Shown here in pieces: positions 11,810 through 26,099 of a stretch of DNA of 64,000 bases. Both the position numbers and the translations under genes were made by a program. The notes under the pieces were generated by a model that had not been told where the DNA came from, searched no databases, and was given only the letters and a program-made list of their open reading frames with translations. Each line of letters begins with the position of its first letter. The first letter of the stretch is position 1. The stretch comes from Lama glama (taxonomy: Eukaryota): the NCBI GenBank assembly GCA_028534125.1, contig CM052817.1, forward strand, positions 36,334,001 through 36,398,000, read 5' to 3'.

Positions 11810-13295
11810 TACACCACCTACAAAAACCCATAGTCAACGTAATACTTAATAGTGAAAGACAATGTTTTCCTCCTAAGATCAGGAATAAGGCAAAGATGTC
11901 TGCTCTTGCCACTTCTATTCAACATCACGATGGAGGTTCTAGAAGAGCAATTAGACAATAAAATAAAATAAAAGGCATCTAGATTGTAAATGAAGAAGCA
12001 AAACTATCTCTATATGCAGATGTTATAACCTTATATATAGAAAATCCTAAGGAATCTAGTAAAAAAATGAACAATTAAAACTAATAAACGCACGTGAGAA
12101 GATGTTCAATATACTTAATCATCAGAGAAATGAAAATCAAACACACAATGTGGTATCACCTCACACCTGTCAGAATGGCTATCATCAAAAAGAGCACAAA
12201 TAACAAATGTTGGTGAGGATGTGGAGAAAAGGGAACCCTTGTACAAAGTATTGTATTCAGTATCTTGTGGTACTCCATAATGAAAAAGAATATGAAAATT
12301 AATATATTATGTATATGTAAGACTGAAACATTATGCTGTACACCAGAAATTGGCATAACATTGTAAACTGACTATACTTCAATTTAAAAAATGCAAATTT
12401 TAAAAAGCCGATTTTTTTAAATTGGGTTGCTTGTTTTTGATGTTGAGTTATTTGAGCTATTTATGTATTTTGAATATTAACTCCTTATCATCTCCCATTT
12501 TGTAGGTTGTCTTTTTGTTTTTTGAGGGAATCCTTTGCTATGCAAAAGCTTTTAAGATTAATTAGGTCCTATTTGTTTATTTTTTGCTTTTGTGATTTTT
12601 TTTTTTTGCTTTAGGAGACAGAACCAAAAACATATTGCTATGATTTATGTCAAAGAGTGTTCTATGCTTTCCTCTAGTTTTAGTTTACAGTCTTATATTT
12701 AGGCCTCTAATCCATTTTGAGCTTTTTTGTATATGGTATTAGAGAATGTTCTAATTTCATTCTTTTACATGTAGCTGTCCAGTTTTCCAAGCATCACTAA
12801 TTGAAAAGACTATCTTTTCTCCATTGTATATTCTTGCCTCCTTTGTCATAGATTACTTGACCATAAATGCATCGATTTATTTCTAGACTCTCTATCCTGT
12901 TCCATTGATCTATGTGTCTGTTTTGTGCGAGTTCCATACTGTTTTCATTATTGTAGCTCTGTGGTAAAATCTAAGTCAGGGAAAGTGATGCCTCCCAGCT
13001 CCATTCTACTTCAATCTCAAGATTGTTTTGGTTATCTGGGGTCTTTTATTTTTCCATACAAATTTAAAATTTTTTTGTTCTAGTTCTGTGAAAAATGCCC
13101 TACGTATTTTGATAGTAAGAAAGTAAACCATAAATGTTCTCACTACATACCCAACTATGTGAGGTAATAGATAAGTTAATTAGCTTAATCATGATAATCA
13201 TTTCAGTGTATATGTATATCAGAATATCATCACATTGTACACCTTAAATACATGCAATTTTTGTCAATCATACCTCAAAAAATTAACAAGCATAA
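11810..13295. mobile_element. Nested/rearranged LINE-1 fragments (sense ORF2 piece, younger internally deleted 3' piece, antisense ORF2 piece, sense 3' end)
   Basis: ctaagatcaggaataaggcaaagatgtc...; cacctcacacctgtcagaatggctatcatcaaaaag; antisense ttacatgtagctgtccagttttccaagca; 3'UTR-like 13120-13290. Confidence 0.8.
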
Positions 13296-14086
13296 AAATA
13301 CCCAAGATTCCTTTACCATGACAGAACCATTGGAAAGAGTTTAAAAGCATTCTATTTATTGTGCTAGATTTATAACTCTGGAAAACAAGTAAACATGGAT
13401 CAAATCACCTGTACAATTTCAGCACAGTTCTCAAAGAATATGTGGGTTGAACAAAGAGACTGAAAGTTACACTCATTGCTTTAATACCAACATAAACCTG
13501 TTCTTTTGATTGTAAAGTATGACTAATAGCATAGGACATTATCTTCCTGTCAGAAGTTCTTCAAAAGTGAGCCAACAGTGAACCAAATGCATAGAGCATT
13601 GTAGAAACAATAGCTTCATCCGCTTGAGGAGCTGCTGAATACAGGACTCCCATTTACTTAAGGCTTTAATATTCAGCTCTACAGAATTCCAAGCTACATC
13701 TTGCTTCCATAAATAATTTTGTGGCTGAAGCACTCACAAAGTATGAGAAGACTGTCATTTTCAAACAATCTTCTAGTTTAAATATGTAATCTCTAGGAAG
13801 GTCAAATAACAGAGCTAAACAATTTCCCATTAGATCTCTTAGGAAAACTTACACTCTCTCCTTTTTATGTAGCTTTAAATATAACCTCATCCGCATAAGA
13901 TACTTATTAACTACATAGAGAAAAATAGTGATTTACAGCAGAGATAACTTGCAGGCACCACCTTAATAAAATGTTTAGAGTTAGGTATCACTGGTAATGC
14001 TACTTGGTTGACTGATGCACTGAGAAGGACACAGCATCATTCTGTGGTATTCCTGGCAAAATGTATAACCTGACTCTCAAATCAAG

Positions 14087-14722
14087 CCAGCAACCCCACT
14101 CCTGGACATATGTCTGGAAGGAACTCTAATTCAAAAAGATACATGCACCCCAATGTTCACAGCAGCACTATGTACGATAGCCAAGACATGGAAACAACCT
14201 AAATGTCCAGCGACAGATGACTGGATAAAGAAGCCCTGGTATATTTATACAATGGAATACTATTCGGCCATAAAAAAGAATAAAATAATGCCACTTGCAG
14301 CAACATGGATGGACCTGGAGATCGTCATTCTAAGTGAAGTAAGCCAGAAAGAGAAAGAAAAATATCATATGATATCACTCTTATGTGGAATCCAAAAAAG
14401 AAAAAGGAAAAAAGAGGACACTAATGAACTCATTTACAAAACAGAAACAGACTAGCAGACATAGTAAACAATCTTATGGTTACTGAGGGAAAGGGGGTGT
14501 GAAGGGATAAATTTGGGAGTTTGAGATTTGTAAATGTTAACCACTATATATATAAATAGGTTTAAAAAAACAAATTTCTTCTGTATATCACAGGGAATTC
14601 AATATCTTGTAATAACTTTTAATGAAGTGAATACATGTATATATATGCATGACTGGAATATCATGCTGTATACCAGAAACTGACACATTGTAACTGACTA
14701 CACTTCAATCTAAAATACAAAA
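14087..14722 (+). mobile_element. Younger LINE-1 3' fragment (ORF2 C-terminus + 3'UTR) inserted in an older L1
   Basis: ORF 14153-14455 [19 protein letters not shown]...[27 protein letters not shown] at 14077-14086 and 14723-14732. Confidence 0.9.
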
Positions 14723-15449
14723 TCAAATCAAGGAATGAACTTGCTGTAAAGTAACTGGCTTGAATGCTTCAAAATGGCAAGATCATGTAAGACAAAAAAA
14801 AATAATCAAGGAACTATTTCATATTATACAGACAAATGAGACATGATATCTAAATGCAATGTTTGATCCAAGGTTGGATCCTGAACCAGAAATGTTTTTT
14901 CTTCTGCTATAAAAGAACATTAATGGGATGACTGGCCAAACTGAAATCTGACCATTATACAATAACACTGTATCAATATCAATGTCCTGATTTTGGTAAT
15001 TATACTCTGATAATATAATATCTCTTGCTTTCTTTTTGTTTTTGTTTTGAAGTGTTTATACCTCAGGTCTGCAAGTTACTCTCAGTTTTTTTTTTTTAAT
15101 CTAGCTATGGAAAGCTATTTACTAAGAGTATATAAGAATTCTTTGTTCTACTTTTGTAACTTTTATATAAATTTAAAATATATATAACCTCAAACAAAAA
15201 AAAATTAGAAGACAGATCTAATACAGTACTCCTTCCAGTACTGCCACCCTAACTTATGTTGCTTAAAATTATAGCTAGACTGGAAAAGAGTTTACATGTT
15301 TAGAATTTCTCTAAATTGAAAGACAAACGTTAATTGTGCTGTTCCTTTTTTGCCAGTAGCTATGTTCCTGGCATGTTCTATAACTGCATAGTAATTTTTT
15401 CTGTGGGCAAGTTAAGAGGAACAACCAAACATTTGGTACTGGACATGTT

Positions 15450-16000
15450 ACATTCATTTTACAAGCATTTATTTAAAACCTGCTATGTGTTAGTCATTGT
15501 GCTAGCTGCAGGGACAAAGAAAAAAAACATACATGGCATGTGACCCAAAAGATCTTACAGATTAGCAGGGGAGACAGACATATAAGTGAATGAATGCAGT
15601 GAAGCAGTAAAGGTGTATAGGTGAGGGGTGTGTGTGTAATCAATCATTGTACACAAAGGATAGACTGGCCAGTTCCCAGGGATCCGGGAAAAGGAGAGAG
15701 TTAGAACAATCTTCCCGAAAGACACTGTGTTAAAACTGGGTCTGAAAAGACGAATAGGGGTTTAGATGGGCAAACAGAGGGAAGGGTATTTGGGGCAGGA
15801 GGAATGGCATGAAAGAAGGATAAATGAAGTAGGAAACAGCCTAGAGTATTTGTCAGGCAGAAAATAATTCAGAATGGCTGATTCCAAGATGGGGAGTGGC
15901 CACAGTATGAGATGCTAGAGAGAGGCAGAGGCCAGTTCCTTGAGGGCCTCATATGCCACTGTGCTAGGAAACTCTGCACAGTCCTATGGAAGTGGAGTTG
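15450..16000. mobile_element. LINE-2 fragment
   Basis: attcattttacaagcatttatt...ctatgtgttagtcattgtgctag...agagaggcagaggccagttccttgagggcctc. Confidence 0.6.
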
Positions 16001-16599
16001 GGAGTTCTTGGCATTTGTCTGCATCTGTGAATAATTAACTTGTTAAACAATCACATGCAAAGAAAGCAAGTGAAGTAGGTCACTGCATGCCCAGGAGATG
16101 ATTTGTGTTCATCATAACAAGGGAATGGAACTGAGAATGGGATGTTCTGCTATTTTTTTTTATATCTTACTCCATGACAAGAGAAAGATCTCCATTCTTT
16201 CTCCTTTGATCTATCATTATAAGAGACCGGTGAGGATTCACTCTCAATGTGCCAAATGAGAAAATTCAAGTTATAATCAAATGTCATCAATGTCAATTAT
16301 TTTGACAGAGAAATAGTGGCTCAGTCAAGGCAACACTGCTTGACCTTGGGTGCGTCTTTGTTTTTTGCTTCTCATAAATCAGGGCGACAAGGGGTCAAAA
16401 ATCCCTGCTCACATCTTTGAAAGAGTTTACCAGTGAAGAAGAGAAACGCTGCAATCAGAAAACTGAGGAATGAGGGCAGGAAATAGACATTGGATACGGA
16501 AGATTATTTTGAGTAAAAGTAAAAGGTCTTTAATGAAAAAATATTTCTAGTTTATATCTGTCTCATGATTCTGAATTTTTATTTATTCCCATATGAAAA

Positions 16600-17740
16600 A
16601 ATACATACAAAAAGAATGAGAGGATGAGCCACAGACTGGGAGGAAATATTTACAAAAGACATATGTGATAAGAGCCTGTTACCTAAAATGTTCAAAGAAC
16701 GCTTAAAGCTCAGCAACAAGAAAACGAACAACCCAATTTTAAAAATGGGCAAAAGATCTGAATAGACACCTCACCAAAGGTGATATACAGATGGCAAAAA
16801 AGCATATGAGAAGATGCTCAACTTCATACATCATGAGGGAATTGCAAATTAAAATAATGAGATATAACTACATACCAATTAGAATGGCAAAAATTAAAAC
16901 ACATGAACAACACCAGATGCTGACAGGGATGCAGAATAATGGGAATCTCATTCATTGCTGGTGGGAATGCAAAGTGATACACCCACTTTGGAAGAAGTTT
17001 GGCAGTTTCTTAGAAAACTAAATATATTCTTACCATATGATTCAGCAATCACATTCCTTGGTATTTACCCAAATGAGTTAAAAACTTATGTCCACACGAA
17101 AACTTGCGCAAGAATGTTTATAGCAGCTTTATTCGTAATTGCCAGAACTTGGAAGCCACCAAGATGACCTTCAATAGGTGAACGGATCAACAAATTATGA
17201 TGCATCCAAACAACGAAATATTACTCAACAGTGAAAAGAAATGAGCTGTCAATCATGAAAATAAAACCTTCAATGCATATTGCTAAGTGAAAGAAATCAA
17301 TCTGAAAAGGCTACACATGGTGTGATTCCAAATATATGGCATTCAGGAAAAGACAAAACTATGGAGACATTAAAAAAAATCAGTGTTTGCCAGGGTGTTC
17401 GGGGTAGGGATGAGCAAATGGAGCACAGGGAATTTTTAGGGCAGTGAAAATATTCTGTATGATACTATAATGGTGGATGCTTGTCGTTATACACTTGTGC
17501 ACACCTATGGAATGTACAACACCAAAAGTGAATCCTAATGGAAACTACGGATTTGGGGTGATGATGATGTGTCAATGTAGGTTCACTAACTCTAAAAAAT
17601 GTGCTACTCTGATAGGGGATGTTGACAGTGGGGGAGGCTGTGTGTGTTTGTAGGGGAGGGAATATGTAGGAACTCTCTGTACGTACGACTCAATTTTGTT
17701 GTGAACCTAAAATAGCTCTAAAAGTTGAGTCTACTTATTA
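16600..17740 (+). mobile_element. Old LINE-1 (L1MC/L1MB-like) ORF2 end and 3'UTR
   Basis: Decayed ORF2 peptides (ORFs 16791, 16955: MFIAALFVIARTWKPPR); ttttagggcagtgaaaatattctgtatgatactataatggtggat. Confidence 0.88.
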
Positions 17741-17974
17741 AATACAGATATTCATATACAATTTACATATACAATATATAAAAATTCAGAGGCCATCAGG
17801 AGAACGAAAGCCAGAAATTCCCCTAGAGCAATCACATTCAGGAGTTTAGCAATTATATACATATTTTTTTTAATTGAAGTATAGTCAGTGTACAATGTTA
17901 ACTTTTTTTTAAATTACTTACCACTAGGTTTTTTCCAAGCTTTATTCATTTTTGGTACACGCATTACTAACTCA

Positions 17975-17976
17975 TT

Positions 17977-18031
<55 letters not shown>

Positions 18032-18154
18032 TTTGAAAGGGGGAGGTAATTAGGTTTATTTATTTGTTTATTTTTAGAGGAGGTGCTGGTGATTGAACCC
18101 AGGACCTTGTGCATGCTAAGCATGTGCTCTAGTGCTTGAGCTATATCCTGCCCC
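17975..18154 (-). mobile_element. Camelid tRNA-Ala-derived SINE (Vic-1-like) with (TAAA)n tail
   Basis: Minus: ggggcaggatatagctcaagcactagagcacatgcttagcatgcacaaggtcctgggttcaatc...aaacctaattacctccccc. Confidence 0.85.
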
Positions 18155-19574
18155 TGCCAGCAATTACATTTTAAGCAAAAGTTTTTACTCAGTAAGTTTT
18201 GTGATTAATTTTTAATTAAAAGAATATTTTGGCAACAGTGTGGGGGATGAAGTGGAAAAAGACTGGAGGTAGGACCTGTTAAAAGCCTATTGATGAAAAA
18301 TAGGACCTAGATTAAGGGATGGATATGGCAGGACCTGATGACTGACTGCATGTGGGAAGTGAGAGGAGGGGAGCAGTACAGGATGACTTCAGTTCTGGGG
18401 CCCAGGTGACTCAGTGGATGGTGGTATCATTCGGTGGATAGTTTAGTAAAGAGGAGGGAGAGTTGGCATGGGTGGGGGGGATGAGATAATAAGTTTAAGA
18501 GGGTCATTCTGTCTGATTTGATCACCTTATATAACATTGTTCAGTTTATGAGTGCTATAAGTTGGTGAATAAATTATGTTTCAATGAGATCATCACATTA
18601 AAAGAAAACAGCCTCAGTGACAAGACCAAACACTGTTTTGAAATTGGTTATTATTTCCCTTTGGAAGGAAATCAAGAAGAAACCAGGGCAGAATGAATCC
18701 TAGGGCTGTGCCCCAGGTGCTGGCAGGCCTGGCAGTCAGTGCCTGGCAGGCCAGGAAGTCAGTGCTGGACTCTGAGTCAGCCACAGATGCCCGACAGGCT
18801 GTGAAAATTAAGAAAAGCAGGCTCTCAAAACCCTGGAATTGCAACCGTAGTTTAAATAAATACATTTTTATTTTTACTTTCACTTAATCATGATTTTGGT
18901 AGTCATCATATTTGTCATTGGCAACAATTCTTTGGTGCAGGCTACATCACTGAAAAGTCAAATCAAGTTAGAATTATCAAAATCCTGAATCTCTTCAACA
19001 TGGAAAACACAGCTTCCTACAGTCAGAGTGAAGAACCCTTAGAGATTGTCCCTGTCTTCCTCACCTGAATACAGGGAAAGCCTTCTTTCAAAGTTCATTT
19101 ACTCTTACACTATGGACTGCCTGATACAATCTCAAGATTCACTGGAAACGTACACAGAGTAAAACATCTATTGATTATCATTTTGAGAATTGCTTCAGTT
19201 GTTTTCTAAGACCCCATAAAGCACTGGCCTAAATATGGATAATTAATACAACAGTCATTAAGATCACATATTTCAAGCCTACAGACTTGCTGCCTTAATT
19301 ATTTAACCTTTTCTAGGATTATGAGGCTTTTAAAATCATATTAACGCCATGAAAAATTCCATTCATAGTTTTCACCTAGTAAATTGGAAGAGGATATGGC
19401 TTGAGGGCTAGTATAGACATTTTGAAGAAAAAAAAGTTCTTCCTAGTATCATGTAAGAAACCCTTTCAGTCACAGGAAATGGTTAAGAAGAGGGAACTTC
19501 CCAGGCCTCATTGGGAGCAACCTGGAAAGCTTTTTCCTACTAAAACAACAATAACCAAATCCTGTTACAGAGTC

Positions 19575-19950
19575 ATAGAAGATACACAGCAGGTACTTAT
19601 AATATTTAAGATAATTTTTTGTTGTGAGGGGCTGTCCTGTGCACAATAAGATGTTTAGCAGCATTCCTGGCCTCTACCCAATAGCACCACCCCAACTGTA
19701 ACAATCAAAAATGTCTCTACAACGTTGTCAAGTGTCCCCTGAGGCCAAAATCATCCCAGTCTGAGAATCACTGTTCTAGTCTTGCTACTGAAAGTATGGT
19801 CCGAAACTCAGCAGCATCACCTGGAAGCTTTTAAGAAATGAGGCGTACAAGCCAGCTATTCACTGTGATCTCAGTCATACTCAATCAAAATTTGCATTTT
19901 AACAAGATTCTCAGGTGACTCACATGCACATTCAAGTTTGAAAAGCATTG
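19575..19950. mobile_element. MER20-like and MER5-like hAT remnants
   Basis: gatgtttagcagcattcctggcctctaccca...aaaaatgtctc; cagcagcatcacctggaagc...tgcattttaacaagattctcaggtgactcacatgcaca. Confidence 0.75.
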
Positions 19951-20714
19951 TCAGATTATGTAGATCACATTTATCCAGCAGCAGGAAGTGGGGAAGAAAG
20001 AAGGGGGAGGAAGGGTGTGCAAAAAGAAAAGGGAGTAAACAAAAAAAGAGATAAAAGCTAAGAAACTTAGTCAAAATTGAAAACACATATAGAACTGTAA
20101 AATCAAACATAAAAGTAGGTGGAGCATAGAGGATTTTAGGGCAGTGGAAATACTCTGTATGATACCATACTGGTAGATACATGCCATCATACATTTGTCC
20201 AAACCCAGAGACCGTCCAACACCAAGAATGAACCCTAAGGGTGATTATAATGTGTTAATGACTCTTTTGAAAAATAATAAACCATAAATCAAGCACAAAT
20301 TATTTTTCTTTCTGTGAAACTTTTTACAAAGTTGCCAATGAGAAAGAAAAGGAGAAACTTTTTAAAGTGGAATTTTAAAGGAGAAAAAAGTGTAAAGACA
20401 GGGAGCTTAGGAGTATACTCAGTTAACCACAGGTTTAAATTACTAAGGCATAGATTAGAACAGTGACTATGAAGATCAAAGTGGGTGAACGCCAGGGGAT
20501 TTACAAAGAAGCAGATTGTAAGAACTGGCAACTAGCTGGCTGTGAAACAGGTAGCACAGACTGGGTAGGTTGCTTCTTACATGGTCACTTTCCAAGCTGG
20601 GCTGCATGATCCCGACGAAAACCTTGGGGAATGGCAAGTTACTTGCTGAGGCCTCAGGTGATGTCAGTTCTACCTCCTTTTATCCCTCCAATTTTACTTA
20701 TATCAGAATTTTGC

Positions 20715-20795
20715 AAAGCATATGAAACAAATATATTTATGTGTATGTATACCAGAAATTGATACATTGTAAACTATATTTGAATTAAGAAAAAA
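20715..20795 (+). mobile_element. Extremely 5'-truncated L1 3' end
   Basis: ataccagaaattgatacattgtaaact...A tail; TSD AGAATTTTGC at 20705-20714 and 20796-20805. Confidence 0.7.
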
Positions 20796-20967
20796 AGAAT
20801 TTTGCCTGTGTAGTATCTTCCCCTCCTCAATGCTTTACTTTGAACCCTTGCAGAAAGAAAACTTCCCAAACTATTTTTCCTAAATATGACAACTCTGTCA
20901 AGAGGATGACTGTCTTCATGAATGCTTCCCAATCCTCAGGTTCCTCCTTCTTTTTGATAGTTCAGAT

Positions 20968-21180
20968 CAGGGTAGACAAATTTATTTCTGTTAAAGGGCC
21001 AGATAGTAAATATTTTAGGCTTGGTGGTCTGTTCTGTTTCTGTTGCAACTGTAACCTTCAAGAATGAAAGCAGCCACAGACCGTGTGTAAACAAATGGTA
21101 GTGGCTGTGTTCCAATAAAACTTTATTTATAAAACAGGTGGTGGGCTCCATCTGGCCTTCAAGCCATCGTTTTCAACCTA
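20968..21180. mobile_element. MER58-like hAT remnant
   Basis: aaagggccagatagtaaatattttaggctt...ggctgtgttccaataaaactttatttataaaacagg. Confidence 0.85.
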
Positions 21181-23003
21181 AGGCCTAGTTCATTCTTTTC
21201 AGCTTCAACTCATCTCTCTAACAAAAACTTAAATAAGTAGCATGTATTGAGTACAAAGTGTCAGGTACTATTCTAAGTGATTTACATATATTATTACATT
21301 TTAATCTCACATCAACACACTGGGGTAGTTTATCACTCAAGGTTCAGGGTAGGAAAACATAAATTATTCTAGGTATTTCCAGTATAAAAGAATTTAATAG
21401 ACAAAGTATATGCTTATAAATTCACTGGAAGAGCAGAAATAGTGGGCTTGCTCTGGAGTTTGGGCTCTAAGGTCATCCAGAGGGCAGGCAGCTACTGCTG
21501 TGACCACTGCTGTTGCTGCCATGGCTGCCTCATGTCAGAGCAGATGTGTCCAGAGGGCCACACAGATCCAAGCCACGCAAACCTCGTGTCTGTCAGAGCC
21601 TGCCTGTCAGCTCTCCTGCTGCGGGATGCTGGACTCTGTCTCCCTTTCACATCTCGTGCGGGCGAACTTACTGCACATTCACATCCCTAGCTGCAGGAGA
21701 GTCTGGAACATGTGCTTTTAGCTTTCCAACTTCTATAGATAGGAGGAGGGTAAGATGGAGGCTGAGAGGGCCAAACCAGCCGATACAGATGGGTACTATT
21801 ACTATTCCTATTCCAAGCCAAGTTGCAAAGAACTTCCTGCCATTTTTCCTTGATTTCCTTTATTCTAAGTGGGGAGTTGCTTATTCAGATACTTCCTCTT
21901 TGATACACTTATAGTTTTAGTGACCTCTTTTCTTAGTTTTGAAGTATTTCAAAATACATATGAAAAGGCTATTTTAAAGAACAAAATAGTGGTAATGAGG
22001 CTCTTTAAGAAATACTATTCCTCTTTTCACATGTTCACAATCTAATTATGTTGAACTTTCAAGCTGAAGATCAAACCTGGCTATTTTTGTGATCAGTTTT
22101 GAAATCTGACACTTATATACAGAAGCCATTTAAAATGTGTATTAACATGCAGCCCTTCAATATCCACTCAAACCTGCATTATTTACTCTTCTCTGAGCTG
22201 CTATATAGTCTGGATGGTTCATCATACTCATCTCTGCTAGCAAGTGTCTATGTCCCCATTGCAAAATTCAAATTTGTTTTCATGGATCAAAAGAGCTTAT
22301 AAAAGGGGATAAAATGGATGACTCCTGAGACTTAAGTAAATAATCTGATAGTGCTAGCTGACCCATTCTTTACTGACACTTCCCCAACCCTTCCATCAGG
22401 TACAGGTTTCCCTCCCTCCTTTGTGTACCTGATGTACAATGTAAACTCAATAAGTGTTGAATAAATACACAAAGAAATGCATCATATATAAACTAGGATT
22501 TTTAGTTAACTTCATCCTATGCTGTTTACTCCGCTATGAACTTCTTGAAAATTGAGATCGTATCTTTCACACTTTTATACCTGTTCTTTTTACCTCCTGT
22601 TATAATACTGAGAACACAGGAAGTTCTCAATAAATATTCATTTAACTGAATCAATGGTTTTGAAATAAAATACACATTTATCAATTATTAACCTCAAATA
22701 TTAACTGGTAATATTTACATTTTTAAACTACTTAATTAAAGAAAAATTTAAGAGGGAGAAACAGTTAAAGAACAATTCACTAATATTCTAACCACCTAAA
22801 CACAACCAACATTTGGTTTTTATTCATTTTTTTTCTATTCCTAAGTTCTTGATTAAAAAATAATTGTACTTGTGCATAAAATTTGTGTCCTGCTTTTTTT
22901 CACTTATTATATTTAATAATCATTTTGGTATTGTTGTGATGAGTTTTTATTTTTAACACTGTATAATGGTATATCCAGAGGACAGCTCCAGCTTCTAGGA
23001 CGG

Positions 23004-23505
23004 TGTGATGTTAACTTTTTGTGTCAGCTTGACCACGCCAAGGGGTGCCCAGATTAAGTATTATTTCTGGGTGTGTCTGTGAGGGACAGATGAGATTAGC
23101 ATTTGAATCAGTGGACTCAGTAAAACAGACAGCCCACTGCTAAGTGGTTGGGCATAATCCAATCCATCATAGGTCAGAATAGAACAAAAAGGTGGAGGAA
23201 GAAGGAATTCATGCCTTTTGCTTCCTACCTGACTGCCTGAGCTGCGACATCTGTCTTCTCTTACCCTTGGACTAGGATTATACCACCTACTTCTCTGGCT
23301 CTCAGGCCTTCAAATCCATATGGGATTTACACCACTGGCTTTTCTAGGTCTCCTGCTTTCAGAAAGATCTTAGGATTTCTCAGCTTCTATAATCATGTGA
23401 GCCAATTCCTCATAATAAACCCTTCTATACATACACACACACACACACATACACACACACACACACACACAATTAATTCTGTTTCTCTGGAGAACTCTGA
23501 TAAAT
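23004..23505 (+). mobile_element. ERVL LTR (MLT2) with internal (CA)n at ~23432-23470
   Basis: tgtgatgttaactttttgtgtcagcttgacc...gagattagcatttgaatcagtggactcagtaaa...ttctgtttctctggagaactctga. Confidence 0.88.
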
Positions 23506-23917
23506 CTAGACAGTACCTGCCACATAGCAGGCAATCAGTAAATTAATAAGTGAATGGCAAATATTAAGAATTACACTTCTAAAATATTTATAATTTTTAT
23601 AGGTGAGAAATGGAAAGTTCTTTGATGTTTGAAACTTGCATTACTTTATTGTTGAGGATGAATATTTTTATGCGTTTATTGATCAACTGTATTTTTCTTT
23701 TTTGTGATTTTTTTCATACTTTTTGTGCATTTATCTGTTGGATCCTTGATTTTAATGAACCCGTTACAATTGTAATTTATTAACAAATTTTTTGTGACTT
23801 TTGTTCCTAAAATAGATGTCACCAAATTAAGGAAACAATTGGCAAAATAAAAGCAAATCTTTGTAATCACAGAAAGAAAAGTACAAGCAGGAATAAATGT
23901 GAGTTCAAATACTGGTT

Positions 23918-23935
23918 GACGCCATCTAGTGGAAA
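23918..23935 (-). promoter_or_regulatory. CTCF-binding motif
   Basis: Minus strand TTTCCACTAGATGGCGTC matches CTCF core CCAC(C/T)AG(A/G)(G/T)GGC(A/G). Confidence 0.65.
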
Positions 23936-24234
23936 AGTAATTTTAACTTCTCTCTCTGAACCAGAGATTCCCAAATTTCAATGTCCTAAATTTGGTATTT
24001 ATGGAACTTTATTAAAATATATATTTTAGCCTCTTCTCTACCTGGAGGTTTCTATCTCATTTAATGTGTATGATAACCCAAGAGTTGTGTTTCAATATTA
24101 TCCACATTGAAAACCATAAAAATTTCACGTCAGGTTCCCATTGGTACATTGTGCTTTCCTTTTTCATCAGAATTTTCTCCAGCTTCACCACAATAAGGAA
24201 TTTTGCTGCTCTGATAACATTCATTAAATGTGTA

Positions 24235-24415
24235 GGCTGGACCAGCCCCTATGCTAACTGCTTTACTAGTATCATTTTATTTAATCCCCTCAACAACTCT
24301 AATAAGGTAGGTAATACTATTATACTATTTTTACAGATGAGAAGATTACGTAGAGAGTTTAAGAAACTTTCCCAAGATCACACAGCTAATATGGTCCCTG
24401 AGCCCAGAGCTCTGT
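24235..24415 (-). mobile_element. MIR SINE
   Basis: atttaatcccctcaacaactctaataaggtagg...ttttacagatgagaag...cccaagatcacacagctaat. Confidence 0.75.
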
Positions 24416-26099
24416 GATGGGAAAGATCAGAGTCATGCCAATAGTGAAAAAAAAAAAAGGACTAATGATTTTACAATTCTATGCTGTCACCTACATTCAG
24501 TTTAGTGTACTACATGCAGAAATGAGTTAGATTCCTTAATTAGTGAGGGCCGTTTAGGGACATTTTGCAACTAAATATTTACATGGTTTGGACCAATGCT
24601 TCACACACTCAGATGTTTCTTCAGTATGAGATGTTGATTTGGGGTGCTATAAATTTGAAGATATTTTCAATATTTTGCTGTTACTCTCCATTTCCCCAAT
24701 ACTAATTTAAATTAAATTGATCTGCTTCAAACCTTCTATGTGGATGCAAACTGAAACTAATTTATTTATAACTGGTTAGAAAACCCAGTTGATAGGGATC
24801 TCTCAGCCCAGGGAGGTGAGATGAGGCTAATGAAGCTGGTCTTAAGCATGGGTGCGTGCCCCAAACCTACAGGGGCCAAGGTTCTGGCCTGCCCAGGGCC
24901 CTCTCTGTGCTGACAGAAGTCAAGCTCTGCATCCCCATACCTTGCTGAAATGTAACTTTCCCATAGTTCACTCTTTCCCTAGGGCCCAAAGTATCAACTA
25001 ACTGTACCTGAAAAATTAATTCCTACCACTGCCCTAGTAGGAAATAATGTGAAAGTAACACTGGAACTTTACAATTGGCCCTCTTAAGGGTACATCCCTG
25101 ACAACTGCCCTATGCTGAAATCTTCCGAGCATTAGTGAACAAAGACCATCAAATAATGTAGTAGGTTTTTTTTCTGAGCAAACAAACAATATAAACGTTT
25201 CTCTACTTTTACACTGCTGAATGGAAGAGAAATCTGAACATATAATCTTGTATTTGCATCTATATATCCCTCACTCCCAACCCTACTTCCCAGGAGCTCA
25301 AAGTGTAAAATGATAAAGCCCAAAGATGCAAGAAAAGGTTCAAGTCAATACTTAGCAAAACAAAGGGAAAAAATTGACCACTGACAAAGAATCTTCTAGT
25401 ATACTGAACTGGAAAGATGGAGAAAATTAAAATAAAAATAGATAACATGAATTGAGCATTAATTTGTCCCAGGCACTCTTCCAAATGCTCTTTGCATGAA
25501 GTACCATATTTTAATCCCCAGGAGGGAATTTCATGAGGTAGGAGCAATTATTAATCTCATTATACAGATAAGGAAACTGAATAGTTAGGTCATTTGCTGG
25601 AGTCCTACAACTAGAAAACTATTTACCTGGAACCAAGCTGTCAGGCCCCAGGGCCCAAATACTCACCCAGTACACTAAAAAGAAATAGATCAAACCAGCA
25701 TCATTTCCTTGGAGAGTCAGAGGCAAACGTGGGGCGAAAAACCCACTGAATAGATCACCCATTTAGCTTAAGGACACAGCTACTTAGACTCCTTGCTGTT
25801 TCCAAGCTCATTTATAGAAACAAATTAGTTGTGCTATTATTACGCGATTGAATTCACGATGAGTTCCGCAGGGTAAGAATCTGGACATCTTAGAGGTTAA
25901 GAAGACTAAGCCGTTCTTTTCAGGGTCTTAAATTCTTTTAAATTAAAGAATGAAAAAAAAAAGCCAAACGACGTGACAGGAACTGTGGTAAAGACATAAA
26001 ACAAAGTAATGCTTTTCACATACCCAACATGACAGTGGGTTTGAAACCTCATTTTGGTGATGACCACGTAGGTCCCAGCGTACCACTGTGTGACTGTGA

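Noticed and set aside
14153..14455. 100-aa ORF as a host gene
   Set aside because: It is the C-terminus of LINE-1 ORF2p in a truncated insertion
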